Origin: Terriglobia bacterium
GTDB lineage: Bacteria > Acidobacteriota > Terriglobia > UBA7540
Assembly (NCBI GenBank): GCA_030041095.1
Contig: JASHON010000083.1
Location: 16,308 to 80,307 of the forward strand
Length of the DNA: 64,000 nt
Reading direction: 5' to 3'
The notes beneath the pieces were generated by a model, which saw nothing but the letters and a program-made list of their open reading frames with translations, ran no database searches and was not told the DNA's origin. Both the position numbers and the translations under genes were made by a program. Below, one piece after another: positions 28,416-37,671 of the stretch (positions are counted from its first letter, which is position 1; each line of letters begins with the position of its first letter).

Positions 28416-28552
28416 GACCAACAAACCCAGTAAGTTGCTGAAAACAAATAACCGCTTTGAGCGCCGATACCAACAATCCCAGTAAGTAGTTGAAAATAAG
28501 CGTGTTATTAGAATCAGTCCGGTAGTATCCCAGTAAGTTTATGAAAATAAGT
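28416..28552 (+). repeat. three direct repeats with 51-52 bp phasing
   Basis: The core CCCAGTAAGT-NNN-TGAAAAYAA occurs at 28426, 28478 and 28529 in a visibly AT-richer stretch. Confidence 0.6.
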
Positions 28553-28764
28553 AAGATGGTTGGGAATGGAGGGTGTGGAGACTCGCCAAACTCTGGTAAT
28601 CCGTTGAAAGAAAGCTGCCGTCTCTGGAGCGCTTTCTCCGAAATATCAGGCACAAGTGCCGGGATAGCCGAATGATGAAGAGTTACTAATGACGAGACGG
28701 TGAGCGCCCGAGCACTCTCCAAAAAGAGTCACTGATTCCCGGAATGAAAACAAAGTATCGCAAC

Positions 28765-28792
28765 GGTGCACGTTCGAAGACTTCGATGCACC
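28765..28792. promoter_or_regulatory. inverted repeat GGTGCA-N16-TGCACC, candidate enhancer-binding-protein site
   Basis: Perfect 6-bp half sites lie about 70-95 bp upstream of the sigma54 -24 element. The half-site sequence is the same hexamer found in NtrC-type sites, but in the opposite order. Confidence 0.25.
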
Positions 28793-28860
28793 GGGTTAAA
28801 GCTTTTTGTTTCAGTTACATCGATAGAGGCATCGATCTTAGAAAGCACCGGCGCTTGCCG

Positions 28861-28875
28861 TGGCACCCAACTTGC
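28861..28875 (+). promoter_or_regulatory. sigma54 (-24/-12) promoter
   Basis: TGGCACccaacTTGCT matches the TGGCAC-N5-TTGCW consensus exactly. It lies about 65 bp upstream of the AAA+ gene ATG (28941), which has a GGAG ribosome-binding site. Confidence 0.55.
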
Positions 28876-28940
28876 TAATAGCTTGATCTCCGAACATCGC
28901 CCCGTGTGTTATTCAGCGGGCCGACGAACTGGAGCACACC

Positions 28941-30083
28941 ATGGCAACCATGCGCCTCATGCTGGACCCGGCCAAAAGGAGCCCGGAGGTTCAGCAATTC
29001 GAAGATGGGCTTCGCAGGAGGGTCGTGGGCCAAGACCGCGCGATTCGCCAACTCTCTCGAGTTTATCAGGTGTTCCGTGCGGGCATCTCGGCGCCTGGAC
29101 GCCCGTTGGCGAATTTGCTGCTGTTAGGTCCCACCGGTTCCGGCAAAACGAGATTGGTGGAGGCAGCCGCCGAAGTTCTCTTTGGTGATGCTCGCGCGGT
29201 TCTTAAGGTGGATTGTGCAGAGTTCCAGCACAGCCATGAAATCTCCAAGCTTGTCGGGTCTCCTCCCGGATACCTGGGCCATCGCGAAACGCACCCGTTG
29301 ATTACGCAGGAAGCGATTGACCAATACCAGACGGAAACCACACAGCTTTCTCTGGTGCTTTTTGACGAGGTTGAAAAAGCCAGTGATGCGCTGTGGCAGC
29401 TTCTTCTGGGAATCCTGGACAAAGCAACACTGACACTGGGCGATAATCGGCGAGTTGACTTTTCACGATCGATGCTCTTCCTCACCTCCAACCTCGGCTC
29501 TCAGGAGATGGCGAGCCTGGTAGAGGGCACTCTCGGATTCGTTGGAGCAGGCAAATTCGATGACGCAGAACTGGACCACAAGATTTATAAGACCGCCTCA
29601 GAAGCGGCGCGGCGCAAATTCTCGCCTGAATTCATGAACCGGATTGACCGCGTGATCGTTTTCCGGAGCCTGCAACGCCTGCACCTCGAAGCGATCCTCG
29701 ACATCGAGCTTGAGCGGATTCAGGAACGGATCATGAAATCGACGGCAGGCAAGCAGTTTGTGTTTCAACTGACCTCATCGGCTCGGGATTTTCTGCTGCT
29801 GGAGGGAATTGACCCGAAGTATGGCGCCCGCCACTTGAAGCGTGCTCTCGAAAGACACTTGGTATTTCCAATTTCAAATCTGGTTGCGACGGATCAGATC
29901 CACCTGGGAGACCTCATTACGGTGGACATCGAGCCCGGCACCACCCGGCCGACTTTCTTCAAGGAAGAGAGCGGCGCGCTGGTCATCCCTGCAGCGCAAT
30001 TCAATCCGGCGAAGGCCCTGACCGCCGCTTCCAGCGCTGGAGGCCCAGGCTCGTTTCTCACGTACCACCCGTCCGCTGAATAG
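28941..30083 (+). CDS. stand-alone ClpA/ClpB D2-like AAA+ ATPase
   Basis: VVGQDRAI, Walker A GPTGSGKT, VGSPPGYLGH, Walker B LVLFDEVEKA, sensor-2 GARHLKR and a D2-small C-terminal domain. It has no N-domain, NBD1 or middle domain. Confidence 0.85.
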   Translation: MATMRLMLDPAKRSPEVQQFEDGLRRRVVGQDRAIRQLSRVYQVFRAGISAPGRPLANLLLLGPTGSGKTRLVEAAAEVLFGDARAVLKVDCAEFQHSHEISKLVGSPPGYLGHRETHPLITQEAIDQYQTETTQLSLVLFDEVEKASDALWQLLLGILDKATLTLGDNRRVDFSRSMLFLTSNLGSQEMASLVEGTLGFVGAGKFDDAELDHKIYKTASEAARRKFSPEFMNRIDRVIVFRSLQRLHLEAILDIELERIQERIMKSTAGKQFVFQLTSSARDFLLLEGIDPKYGARHLKRALERHLVFPISNLVATDQIHLGDLITVDIEPGTTRPTFFKEESGALVIPAAQFNPAKALTAASSAGGPGSFLTYHPSAE

Positions 30084-30107
30084 GCGCCCGCGTCAGCAGG
30101 GCCGCGC

Positions 30108-30659
30108 TCACGATCCATTGTCAGACAGGTGCCTTCGAGGATGAAGGCGAGCGTAAGATTCCGTCTGGATCTGGCCGAGAGAACCCTTCGATCTCTCGCG
30201 CTGCCGGATTTCCGAAAGAATCATCGGCACAAGCCGGCGGCGGCGCAGTTCATCGCTGGAGGCGACGAATCGCGAAGCACCGATGTAACCTAATTCCCAG
30301 TAAGCTTGCTCGGCTTCCCTCGCGCCCAGAAACTTTCGAGCCAGATGGTAATGAGCCCCGGAAGCTTCATTGACGTCCGCGTTGGCCCTGAGCGGATGAT
30401 CGGCAGTTGCGACTCCGATCAGGCAGCAGCACGATTGATAAGTGAGCTTGCCGTTACGCGCATGAGCCAATAGCCAGACGAGACGCTCCTCCGTGTACGC
30501 CGTTCTTAGATACTGGCGGATGGCGCGCTTTCCTCTTCTCAATTGAACGTCCACGGTCCCCTTCCCATTGCCGATGTTGGCGTAACCAGCCAAACTCACG
30601 GCTGCTTCATTCATTCCAAACTGGAGGGCATCCCCTTCCCATGCCCTCCAGACCGCCAT
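30108..30659 (-). CDS. hypothetical protein
   Basis: 183-codon ORF convergent with the AAA+ gene and with no recognisable motif apart from a CCC triplet. Coding status is uncertain. Confidence 0.4.
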   Translation of the reverse strand: MAVWRAWEGDALQFGMNEAAVSLAGYANIGNGKGTVDVQLRRGKRAIRQYLRTAYTEERLVWLLAHARNGKLTYQSCCCLIGVATADHPLRANADVNEASGAHYHLARKFLGAREAEQAYWELGYIGASRFVASSDELRRRRLVPMILSEIRQRERSKGSLGQIQTESYARLHPRRHLSDNGS

Positions 30660-30982
30660 CCCCCACTTGCGGGGACGGTCGCCTCATGCCCCCTTGGTGC
30701 AATTCCCTGTCCAAAGCATGACGCGCGCGCTGCTTCTTGGCCTCTTCGAAATAAGTAGTAGCAATGCCTCGTGTTATCTCGAACGTTAAGCGGAGTCAAA
30801 AGCTGGGGGCAGGACGGGTGAACTGCGGAGCGGAAAACGTGTTCACTATTTGAGAAAAACGTTGTCCTCACCATCGATGCCTGCGGGGTCACCTTGAAGA
30901 TAATAATCGTATGGTTTGCTTCGTTGACACTGTTCTCGCACGGATGATACAAAGGGATACGAGCCTCAAACGCAACAGATGT

Positions 30983-31059
30983 GGTGAGCGTAGCTCAGTT
31001 GGTAGAGCGCCAGACTGTGGATCTGGACGTCGCGGGTTCGAATCCCGTCGCTCACCCCA
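30983..31059 (+). tRNA. tRNA-His (anticodon GUG)
   Basis: Encoded G-1, acceptor GTGAGCG/CGCTCAC, D-loop AGCTCAGTTGGTAGAGC, anticodon loop ACTGTGGAT, T-loop GGTTCGAATCC and an encoded CCA. Confidence 0.95.
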
Positions 31060-31285
31060 GTAAACTCCGTGTTGCGGCGCTCCAGGTTCTCGCCGATCGT
31101 CCTTGAAGCGGTTGAAGCCACAGAGCGCGCCGGCCGCCTGTGGTGTCCACTCGCTCGGATGGCGTGGGGAGCGGCCCGATCGCGCTGCCAAACGCTCGTG
31201 TGATGGTCGACCGCCTGGATGTCGAAAGAAATAGAAACGTCGCTCGCTTCACAATTCATCATTCCTAATTCATAATTCACTCTTC

Positions 31286-32791
31286 ATGTCCATGCGCCTT
31301 CTCAACACGCTCTCGGGCCGGGTGGAAGTGTTCGAGCCTCTCGTGGACCACGATGTTCGTATGTACACCTGCGGGCCCACGGTTTACGACTACGCCCACA
31401 TCGGCAATTACCGCACCTTCGTTTTTCAGGATATCCTGCGCCGCTTCCTTAAGTATCGCGGCTACCGCGTCCTCCAGGTCATGAATCTGACTGATGTGGA
31501 TGACAAGACCATCCGCAACGCCCAAGCTGAGGGCCTTTCTCTTCGCGATTACACACAAAAATTCGTTGATGCTTTTCTCGTGGACCGTGACCTCCTGAGC
31601 CTTGACCCGCCGGAAGTGCTCGTCCGCGCCACGGATCATATTGCCGAGATGGTGAAACTCGTCGAACGGCTCGAGCAGGCGGGTTTCGCCTACCGTAGCG
31701 GAGGGTCGGTCTATTTTCGCGTATCGAAATTCAAGGATTACGGCAAGCTTTCCAAGATCGATCTTTCTGGAAACCTCGCAGGCGCGCGCGTCGATGCGGA
31801 CGAGTACGAAAAAGACAGTGCCCGGGACTTTGTATTATGGAAGGCGGCGAAGCCGGGCGAGCCGTCGTGGGACGCCCCTTTTGGTCCGGGGCGGCCGGGC
31901 TGGCACCTGGAATGCTCCGCCATGGCCATGACCTACCTGGGAGAAACATTTGATATCCATTCGGGCGGAAGTGACCTGATTTTTCCTCATCACGAAAATG
32001 AAATCGCCCAGGCCGAAGCAGCTACAGGCAAGCCTTTCGCGCGATTCTGGCTTCACGCTGAGCACCTGCTCGTCAACGGCGAGAAGATGTCGAAGTCCCT
32101 GGCCAATTTCTATACCCTTCGGGACCTCATCGCCCGCGGAGCCAAGCCCTCCGCCATTCGTTACCTTCTGGCTTCTGTCCCCTATCACAAACGCTTGAAT
32201 TTCACCTTCGAAGGTCTGCACCAGGCCGGAAAATCCATTGAGCGTTTGCGCAACTTCCGATTCCGTCTCACGAAGGAGGAGTTTCCAGAGACGGCCAATC
32301 CGGCAATCGACGAGAGCATCCGGAAGGCAGCTCAATCCTTTGAAGAGGCTTTGGATAACAATCTGAATACGGCGGAGGCGTTGGCCCCGGTGTTTGTCCT
32401 GATTTCTGAAGCGAACGCCGCCATGGATGGCGGAACGTTTCCGTTGCAGGCCCGCGCCGCTTGCCTCAACCTTCTTGACCGATGGGATAGGATTTTCGTC
32501 GTGTTAGAGGATTGCGACCACCAAAAGCTCCAGCAGCACGGGCTGCTTCAGGATGTTCGCGCGAACTCAGGCGGAACGACGGGAGGAGAAGAGGCGGACC
32601 ACGCGAACGGTTCTCCCGCGGCTCAGGTTCCCTCCTTCACCGATGCCGAGATCGAAAAACTTATCGGCTTGCGCGCGGCGGCGAGGCGGGGCGGCAACTA
32701 TGCAGAATCCGACCGCATTCGGGAAGACCTGCTTCAAGCGGGTGTTATACTGGAAGATACGAAAGCTGGAGCACGATGGAGGCGGAAATAA
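31286..32791 (+). CDS. cysS: cysteine--tRNA ligase
   Basis: HIGNYRT (HIGH-type) and KMSKS motifs; class I synthetase of about 500 aa. Confidence 0.95.
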   Translation: MSMRLLNTLSGRVEVFEPLVDHDVRMYTCGPTVYDYAHIGNYRTFVFQDILRRFLKYRGYRVLQVMNLTDVDDKTIRNAQAEGLSLRDYTQKFVDAFLVDRDLLSLDPPEVLVRATDHIAEMVKLVERLEQAGFAYRSGGSVYFRVSKFKDYGKLSKIDLSGNLAGARVDADEYEKDSARDFVLWKAAKPGEPSWDAPFGPGRPGWHLECSAMAMTYLGETFDIHSGGSDLIFPHHENEIAQAEAATGKPFARFWLHAEHLLVNGEKMSKSLANFYTLRDLIARGAKPSAIRYLLASVPYHKRLNFTFEGLHQAGKSIERLRNFRFRLTKEEFPETANPAIDESIRKAAQSFEEALDNNLNTAEALAPVFVLISEANAAMDGGTFPLQARAACLNLLDRWDRIFVVLEDCDHQKLQQHGLLQDVRANSGGTTGGEEADHANGSPAAQVPSFTDAEIEKLIGLRAAARRGGNYAESDRIREDLLQAGVILEDTKAGARWRRK

Positions 32792-33209
32792 TCCGATCGG
32801 CTGAACCTATGGCTCTACGCGGCTTTCCACACGTTGCCCGTCACGCTCTCGCTCCATGTCCCTTTCCTCCAAAGGGACGAGCTGGGCGACTGGTCTGGGC
32901 TAGACCAGTGGGGAAATGCTGTTTACCCTCCAGGCAAGGACGTACTCCCGGCGAGGAGGTCTTAGCTCTCGAGGAGCGGCGGCGTGTTCCTCGCCGAAGA
33001 GATCCTCATCCAATTTGCATTCTTCCCTCTTGGGCTCGGCCCAGCCTTTTTGCGGGAGACTGAACCCTTCTCAAGATAGTGTTTGCTCGTTAGCAAAAGA
33101 ACAGGCCTGCTAACACGTTCCTGGAAAAACGTGGGAGCGTCATGCTGATTCCACGAGGTGGAAAGGCATCGCCGCACTTTCGTTTTTTGCCCGCACGCGA
33201 CCCCGACGT

Positions 33210-34559
33210 TTGGAGGAGGTTAAGATGAAGAACCGATTCGCTGAAATTCGCACTTCGTTGCCCGGCCCGGAGGCCCAGAAGATTCTTGCCCTGGACCGGC
33301 AGTTTGTTTCGCCTTCTTATGCGCGTGAGTATCCGCTGGTCGCCAGGCGGGGAGAAGGGATGGTTGTGGAGGACGTAGACGGGAACACATTTCTCGATTT
33401 CAGCGCTGGGATTGCCGTTGTTTCCACGGGCCATTGTCATCCCCAGGTCGTGAAGGCCATCGAGCGGCAGGCTCAAACCCTGATCCACATGTCTGGCACG
33501 GATTTCTATTACCCACTGCTGGCGCAACTGGCGCAGAAAATGGCCGAGATCACTCCCGGGGATTTTCCCAAGCGAGTTTACTTTGGCAATTCGGGAGCGG
33601 AAGCGGTGGAAGCCGCGCTCAAACTGGCCCGGTATCACACCAAGCGGCAGCAGTTTATCGCGTTCTTCAAGGCGTTCCACGGCAGAACGCTCGGGGCGCT
33701 TTCCCTCACCGCTTCGAAGCCGGTGCAGCGCCGGTGGTTTGGACCGCTTGTGCCCGGAGTGGTTCACGTTCCTTTCGCCAATCCGTATCGCTGTCCCTGC
33801 GGCCGCACGGCAGACTGCGAGCTCGAGTGCTTGTGTGCTGACGTGATTGAGAAGCAGCTTTTCACCACCTCGCTGCCACCTGAAGAGGTGGCGGCGATTG
33901 TGGTCGAGCCGATCCAGGGCGAAGGGGGGTATGTGGTTCCCCCGGCGCGCTTCCTCAGGCGGCTTCGTGAAATAGCCGACCGTTACGGCATTCTGCTGGT
34001 TTTCGACGAAGTCCAGTGCGGTATGGGACGCACGGGCAAGATGTGGGCGTCGCAACACTTCGGCGTCGTGCCGGATATTTTGGTCACGGCCAAAGGAATT
34101 GCGTCCGGGATGCCGCTCGGAGTAACGGTCGCGCAGGCAGACATCATGGATTGGGCTCCTGGCGCCCATGCTTCCACCTTTGGCGGGAATCCGATCGCAT
34201 GCGCAGCAGCCTTGGAGACGATTCGCCTGCTCGAAGAGAAATATATCGCGAATGCCGGGCGAATGGGTGATTACATCCGGAAGCGGCTGGCCGGCTGGCC
34301 GGAGCGCCATCGCACCATAGGAGATGTCCGCGGGCTCGGCCTGATGATCGGAATCGAGTTCGTCAAAGATCGGACGAGCAAAGAGCCGAATCCGCAAGTG
34401 AGAAACCAAGTGGTACAAAAAGCGTTCCAACGCGGCGTGCTGGTGCTAGGCTGTGGGGAAAGCACTTTACGCCTGATGCCGCCGCTGATCGTCGAAGAAG
34501 AGCACGCCGACTTCGCGCTCGAGGTTCTGGAACAGTGCATCACGGATGCTGAGTCATGA
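33210..34559 (+). CDS. class III aminotransferase (4-aminobutyrate/acetylornithine aminotransferase-like)
   Basis: GNSGAEAVEAALKLAR and LVFDEVQCGMGRTGKMW motifs, and a PLP lysine in VTAKGIASG. Confidence 0.9.
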   Translation: MEEVKMKNRFAEIRTSLPGPEAQKILALDRQFVSPSYAREYPLVARRGEGMVVEDVDGNTFLDFSAGIAVVSTGHCHPQVVKAIERQAQTLIHMSGTDFYYPLLAQLAQKMAEITPGDFPKRVYFGNSGAEAVEAALKLARYHTKRQQFIAFFKAFHGRTLGALSLTASKPVQRRWFGPLVPGVVHVPFANPYRCPCGRTADCELECLCADVIEKQLFTTSLPPEEVAAIVVEPIQGEGGYVVPPARFLRRLREIADRYGILLVFDEVQCGMGRTGKMWASQHFGVVPDILVTAKGIASGMPLGVTVAQADIMDWAPGAHASTFGGNPIACAAALETIRLLEEKYIANAGRMGDYIRKRLAGWPERHRTIGDVRGLGLMIGIEFVKDRTSKEPNPQVRNQVVQKAFQRGVLVLGCGESTLRLMPPLIVEEEHADFALEVLEQCITDAES

Positions 34560-34580
34560 ATTCTTAAGCGAGCGCCTCCT

Positions 34581-34711
34581 CAGGCTGCGGAAAAACTCGG
34601 CGGCGCTGCGGATGGTGCGCCGGCATCTTGCCGGCCTCCGTTGAATTGAAGGGAGTTGCCGGCTGGAAGCCGGCGCTACGTCAACTCCCGAAAGACTTTT
34701 TCCGCAGCCTG
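34581..34711. mobile_element. MITE-like element, family A, copy 3
   Basis: Perfect 15-bp TIRs CAGGCTGCGGAAAAA / TTTTTCCGCAGCCTG, flanked by the direct duplication TCCT. It lies between the aminotransferase stop and the yraN start. Confidence 0.75.
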
Positions 34712-34786
34712 TCCTGCCGGCGGAAAGATGGAATGTCCAACGCCGATCCTGTCTGCCGCGGCGGCGTTGGAAAGTTGGAGACTTCA

Positions 34787-35245
34787 ATGTCGCTGGTGGC
34801 TCGCGCGATTTATGCAGCGCTCATGTGGCAGGAACGCCGCCGGGCTCGGCGCGCGGTGGCGCCGGCGGCGAGCCCGGGGGGAGCGGCGCATCTCGAGACG
34901 GGCAAGCGTGGAGAGACGCTCGCATACTGGTATTTGCGCCGCCAGGGCTATACCGTCGTCGCCAGGAATTTGAGGCTGCATGCAGGTGGAGGGGAGTTGG
35001 ACCTCGTGGCGTGGGAGGGTCCGACGCTTGCCTTCGTGGAAGTGAAGACGCGCAGCTCGGACGAAGCCGGACCGCCGGAGGCTGCGGTCACGCGCGACCA
35101 ACAGAAACGAATCATCTCCGCATCGCGTTCTTACCTGCGCCGGTTGAAGCAGAAGCCCGTGAACTATCGCTTCGATATCGTCAGCGTTGCAAGGGACGCC
35201 TCGAACGGTTACCGGCTGCGACTGATCAAGGGCGCATTCAAATGA
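34787..35245 (+). CDS. yraN: YraN family (UPF0102) endonuclease-like protein
   Basis: GKRGETLAYWYLRRQGYTVVARN...GELDLVAW...LAFVEVKTR. Start moved to ATG 34787 (GGAG upstream) because the track start lies inside the MITE. Confidence 0.8.
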   Translation: MSLVARAIYAALMWQERRRARRAVAPAASPGGAAHLETGKRGETLAYWYLRRQGYTVVARNLRLHAGGGELDLVAWEGPTLAFVEVKTRSSDEAGPPEAAVTRDQQKRIISASRSYLRRLKQKPVNYRFDIVSVARDASNGYRLRLIKGAFK

Positions 35246-35298
35246 ATTCTCCTTGGCAAGTATAATATTATGCGAAACTCGATACGGAGGACGCTGGC

Positions 35299-36321
35299 TT
35301 GCCCGAACTGAGGAAGGACCCGGTTACCGGACGGTGGGTCATTATCTCTACCGACCGGGCGAAGCGGCCTAGTGACTTTGTGCGCGACAAGGTAGAAATC
35401 CGCGGATCCGGCTTCTGTCCTTTTTGTACGAATAATGAATCCAAGACGCCACCGGAGATCATGGCCTATCGAAAGGATGGAACTCAGCGCGACACACCGG
35501 GCTGGTGGGTTCGCGTGGTGCCCAACAAGTTTCCCGCCCTGCGCATTGAGGAGTCGCTGAACCGCCAGGGCGAAGGTCTCTACGACAAGATGGAGGGCGT
35601 TGGCGCTCATGAAGTCGTGATCGAGACTCCCGATCACAATAAAACGCTCGCCATGCTTGACCCTCACGCGATCGAGGACGTTTTTTGGGCCTTTCGCGAC
35701 CGCATTCTTGACTTGAAGAAAGACACCCGCTTCAAATACATTCTCATTTTCAAGAATCACGGAGAAGCTGCCGGAGCGTCACTCGAGCACACCCACTCTC
35801 AGCTTATCGCGCTTCCCGTCGTGCCGAAGCAAGTGCATGAGGAGATGAGCGGTGCGGCCGAATACTTCAGGTACCGCGAGCGCTGTATTTATTGCGATAT
35901 CATCCATCAGGAAATGGAATCCGGCATCCGGATGGAAGCGGAAAACGAAGCCTTCGTAGCGATTGCACCTTTCGCTCCGCGGTTTCCGTTCGAAACGTGG
36001 ATCGTGCCCCGCGTCCATCAATCCGCCTATGAGCAGCCTTCGAAGCAGGAGTATTCCCAGTTTGCGCGCATTCTCAAGGACGTCCTGATGCGCCTGGACC
36101 AGGTATTGGAAAAGCCGGCCTACAACTTTGTGATTCATACGTCTCCGCTTCCCGAGAGCGAAAACGAATACTACCACTGGCACATGGAGATCATGCCAAA
36201 ACTCACTAAAGTGGCCGGGTTTGAGTGGGGCACCGGCTTTTACATTAATCCCACTCCGCCGGAGCAATCCGCGCGATTCCTCCGTGAAGCGGCCGTGCCC
36301 GTTGACGATCAATCAATCTGA
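35299..36321 (+). CDS. galT: galactose-1-phosphate uridylyltransferase family (HIT superfamily)
   Basis: CPFC zinc motif and the histidine motif EHTHSQLIA. Confidence 0.85.
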   Translation: MPELRKDPVTGRWVIISTDRAKRPSDFVRDKVEIRGSGFCPFCTNNESKTPPEIMAYRKDGTQRDTPGWWVRVVPNKFPALRIEESLNRQGEGLYDKMEGVGAHEVVIETPDHNKTLAMLDPHAIEDVFWAFRDRILDLKKDTRFKYILIFKNHGEAAGASLEHTHSQLIALPVVPKQVHEEMSGAAEYFRYRERCIYCDIIHQEMESGIRMEAENEAFVAIAPFAPRFPFETWIVPRVHQSAYEQPSKQEYSQFARILKDVLMRLDQVLEKPAYNFVIHTSPLPESENEYYHWHMEIMPKLTKVAGFEWGTGFYINPTPPEQSARFLREAAVPVDDQSI

Positions 36322-36345
36322 TTGCTGAAAGCCGATTGCTGAGCT

Positions 36346-37491
36346 ATGGGATTTTCAACCGACGCGATTCATATAGGCCAGGAAGCTGACCCTGCCACCG
36401 GGGCAATCATCGTTCCGATCTACCAGACGTCGACCTACGTCCAGACCGAGCTTGGGAAGAACAAGGGGTACGAGTATTCGCGGACGGGCAATCCTACGCG
36501 GGCGGCGCTCGAGCGAAACATTGCGGCGCTGGAGGGTGGAACGCGCGGGTTGGCCTTTGCCTCCGGCATGGCAGCCGTCCACGCCGTCATGAGCCTTCTG
36601 AAGGCGGGCGACCATGTGATCGCGGGACGGAACCTTTACGGCGGAACGTTTCGACTGTTCGAATTGGTGCTGAAGGATTATGGCCTCAATTTCACTTACA
36701 CGGATACGCGGCGCGCAGACGAAGTAGAGCGAGCTTTAGGCTCCCGCACTCGCCTGGTCTTCATCGAAACCCCCACGAACCCCGTCATGGAGATAACGGA
36801 CATCGCGGCAGTTGCGGAGATCGCCCATGCCCGGGGTGTGCTGGTCGCCGTCGATAACACCTTTTCGAGCCCCTATTTTCAGCGGCCCATCGAGCTTGGC
36901 GCTGACATCGTGGTTCACAGCACGACGAAGTACCTCAACGGCCACAGCGACGGGGTGGGCGGCGCGGTGATTCTGAAAGACCCGGAGCTGGCGCGCAGAA
37001 TCCAATTCTTCCAGAACGCAGCCGGAGCGGTTTTGAGTCCGTTCGATAGCTGGCTCGTGCTACGAGGAGTGAAGACGCTGGCGGTGCGAATGCGCCAGCA
37101 CGACCTGAATGGCCGCGCCGTAGCACAGCACCTTGCGAGTCATCCGAAGGTGAAGGGGGTGCATTATCCCGGCTTGCCCTCTCATCCACAGCACGAGCTG
37201 GCCAGGCGTCAGATGAGCGGTTTTGGCGGCATGCTCTCTTTTGAAACCGGTTCGCTTGAAAATGCCCGCATATTGCTGAAGTCCGTGCAGCTCTGCTCCC
37301 TGGCCGAAAGTCTGGGCGGAGTGGAGTCCTTGATCTCTCACCCGGCCAGCATGACCCACGCCAGCGTTCCTGCGGAAGAGAGGCGACGGCTTGGAATCAC
37401 CGACGGTCTGGTTCGTGTCTCGACCGGCGTCGAGGACGTCGAAGATATTATTGCCGACCTCGATCGCGCGCTCGACCGGATTCCAGCGTGA
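36346..37491 (+). CDS. Cys/Met-metabolism PLP enzyme (cystathionine gamma-synthase/beta-lyase family)
   Basis: HSTTKYLNGHSD PLP-lysine motif and family-typical length. Confidence 0.9.
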   Translation: MGFSTDAIHIGQEADPATGAIIVPIYQTSTYVQTELGKNKGYEYSRTGNPTRAALERNIAALEGGTRGLAFASGMAAVHAVMSLLKAGDHVIAGRNLYGGTFRLFELVLKDYGLNFTYTDTRRADEVERALGSRTRLVFIETPTNPVMEITDIAAVAEIAHARGVLVAVDNTFSSPYFQRPIELGADIVVHSTTKYLNGHSDGVGGAVILKDPELARRIQFFQNAAGAVLSPFDSWLVLRGVKTLAVRMRQHDLNGRAVAQHLASHPKVKGVHYPGLPSHPQHELARRQMSGFGGMLSFETGSLENARILLKSVQLCSLAESLGGVESLISHPASMTHASVPAEERRRLGITDGLVRVSTGVEDVEDIIADLDRALDRIPA

Positions 37492-37671
37492 TGCGGCCGA
37501 CTTCTCTGCCTTCGTTCATCGAGTGAACGGATGTTCCGGAAACATGACGCAGCCGGAGGACCATCGAGTCCAATTGAGTGGTCATCGCTCTTGCTTGACC
37601 GTCTCGAAGCGTGGCCGATAGAATGAGAGACTTCATTGCCCTTCGGCAGAGATTCAGACTAGAGGAGGTTT

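Noticed and set aside
27713-30982. Direct repeat of the tRNA-His 3' end (an att-type boundary) and an integrase gene, which would define a tRNA-His-associated island.
   Set aside because: Neither was seen by eye in this interval, so the island idea is kept only as a low-confidence inference rather than a mobile_element feature.
31901-31915. TGGCACctggaATGC, a near sigma54 -24/-12 match.
   Set aside because: It lies inside the cysS coding sequence, has ATGC instead of TTGC, and has no downstream gene start.
33090-34430. 446-codon ORF antisense to the class III aminotransferase gene.
   Set aside because: It is a shadow ORF typical of GC-rich DNA. It has no recognisable motifs, while the plus-strand gene has clear PLP-enzyme motifs.
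34554-34787. Short ORFs with conserved-looking peptides (GVDVAPASSRQLPS, ARCRRT.R..EFFRSL) at 24849-25172, 27965-28261, 28014-28424, 34554-34787 and 34628-35245 (N-terminal part).
   Set aside because: The conservation comes from copies of the 131-bp MITE-like element being translated. The element occurs in both orientations and in intergenic positions.
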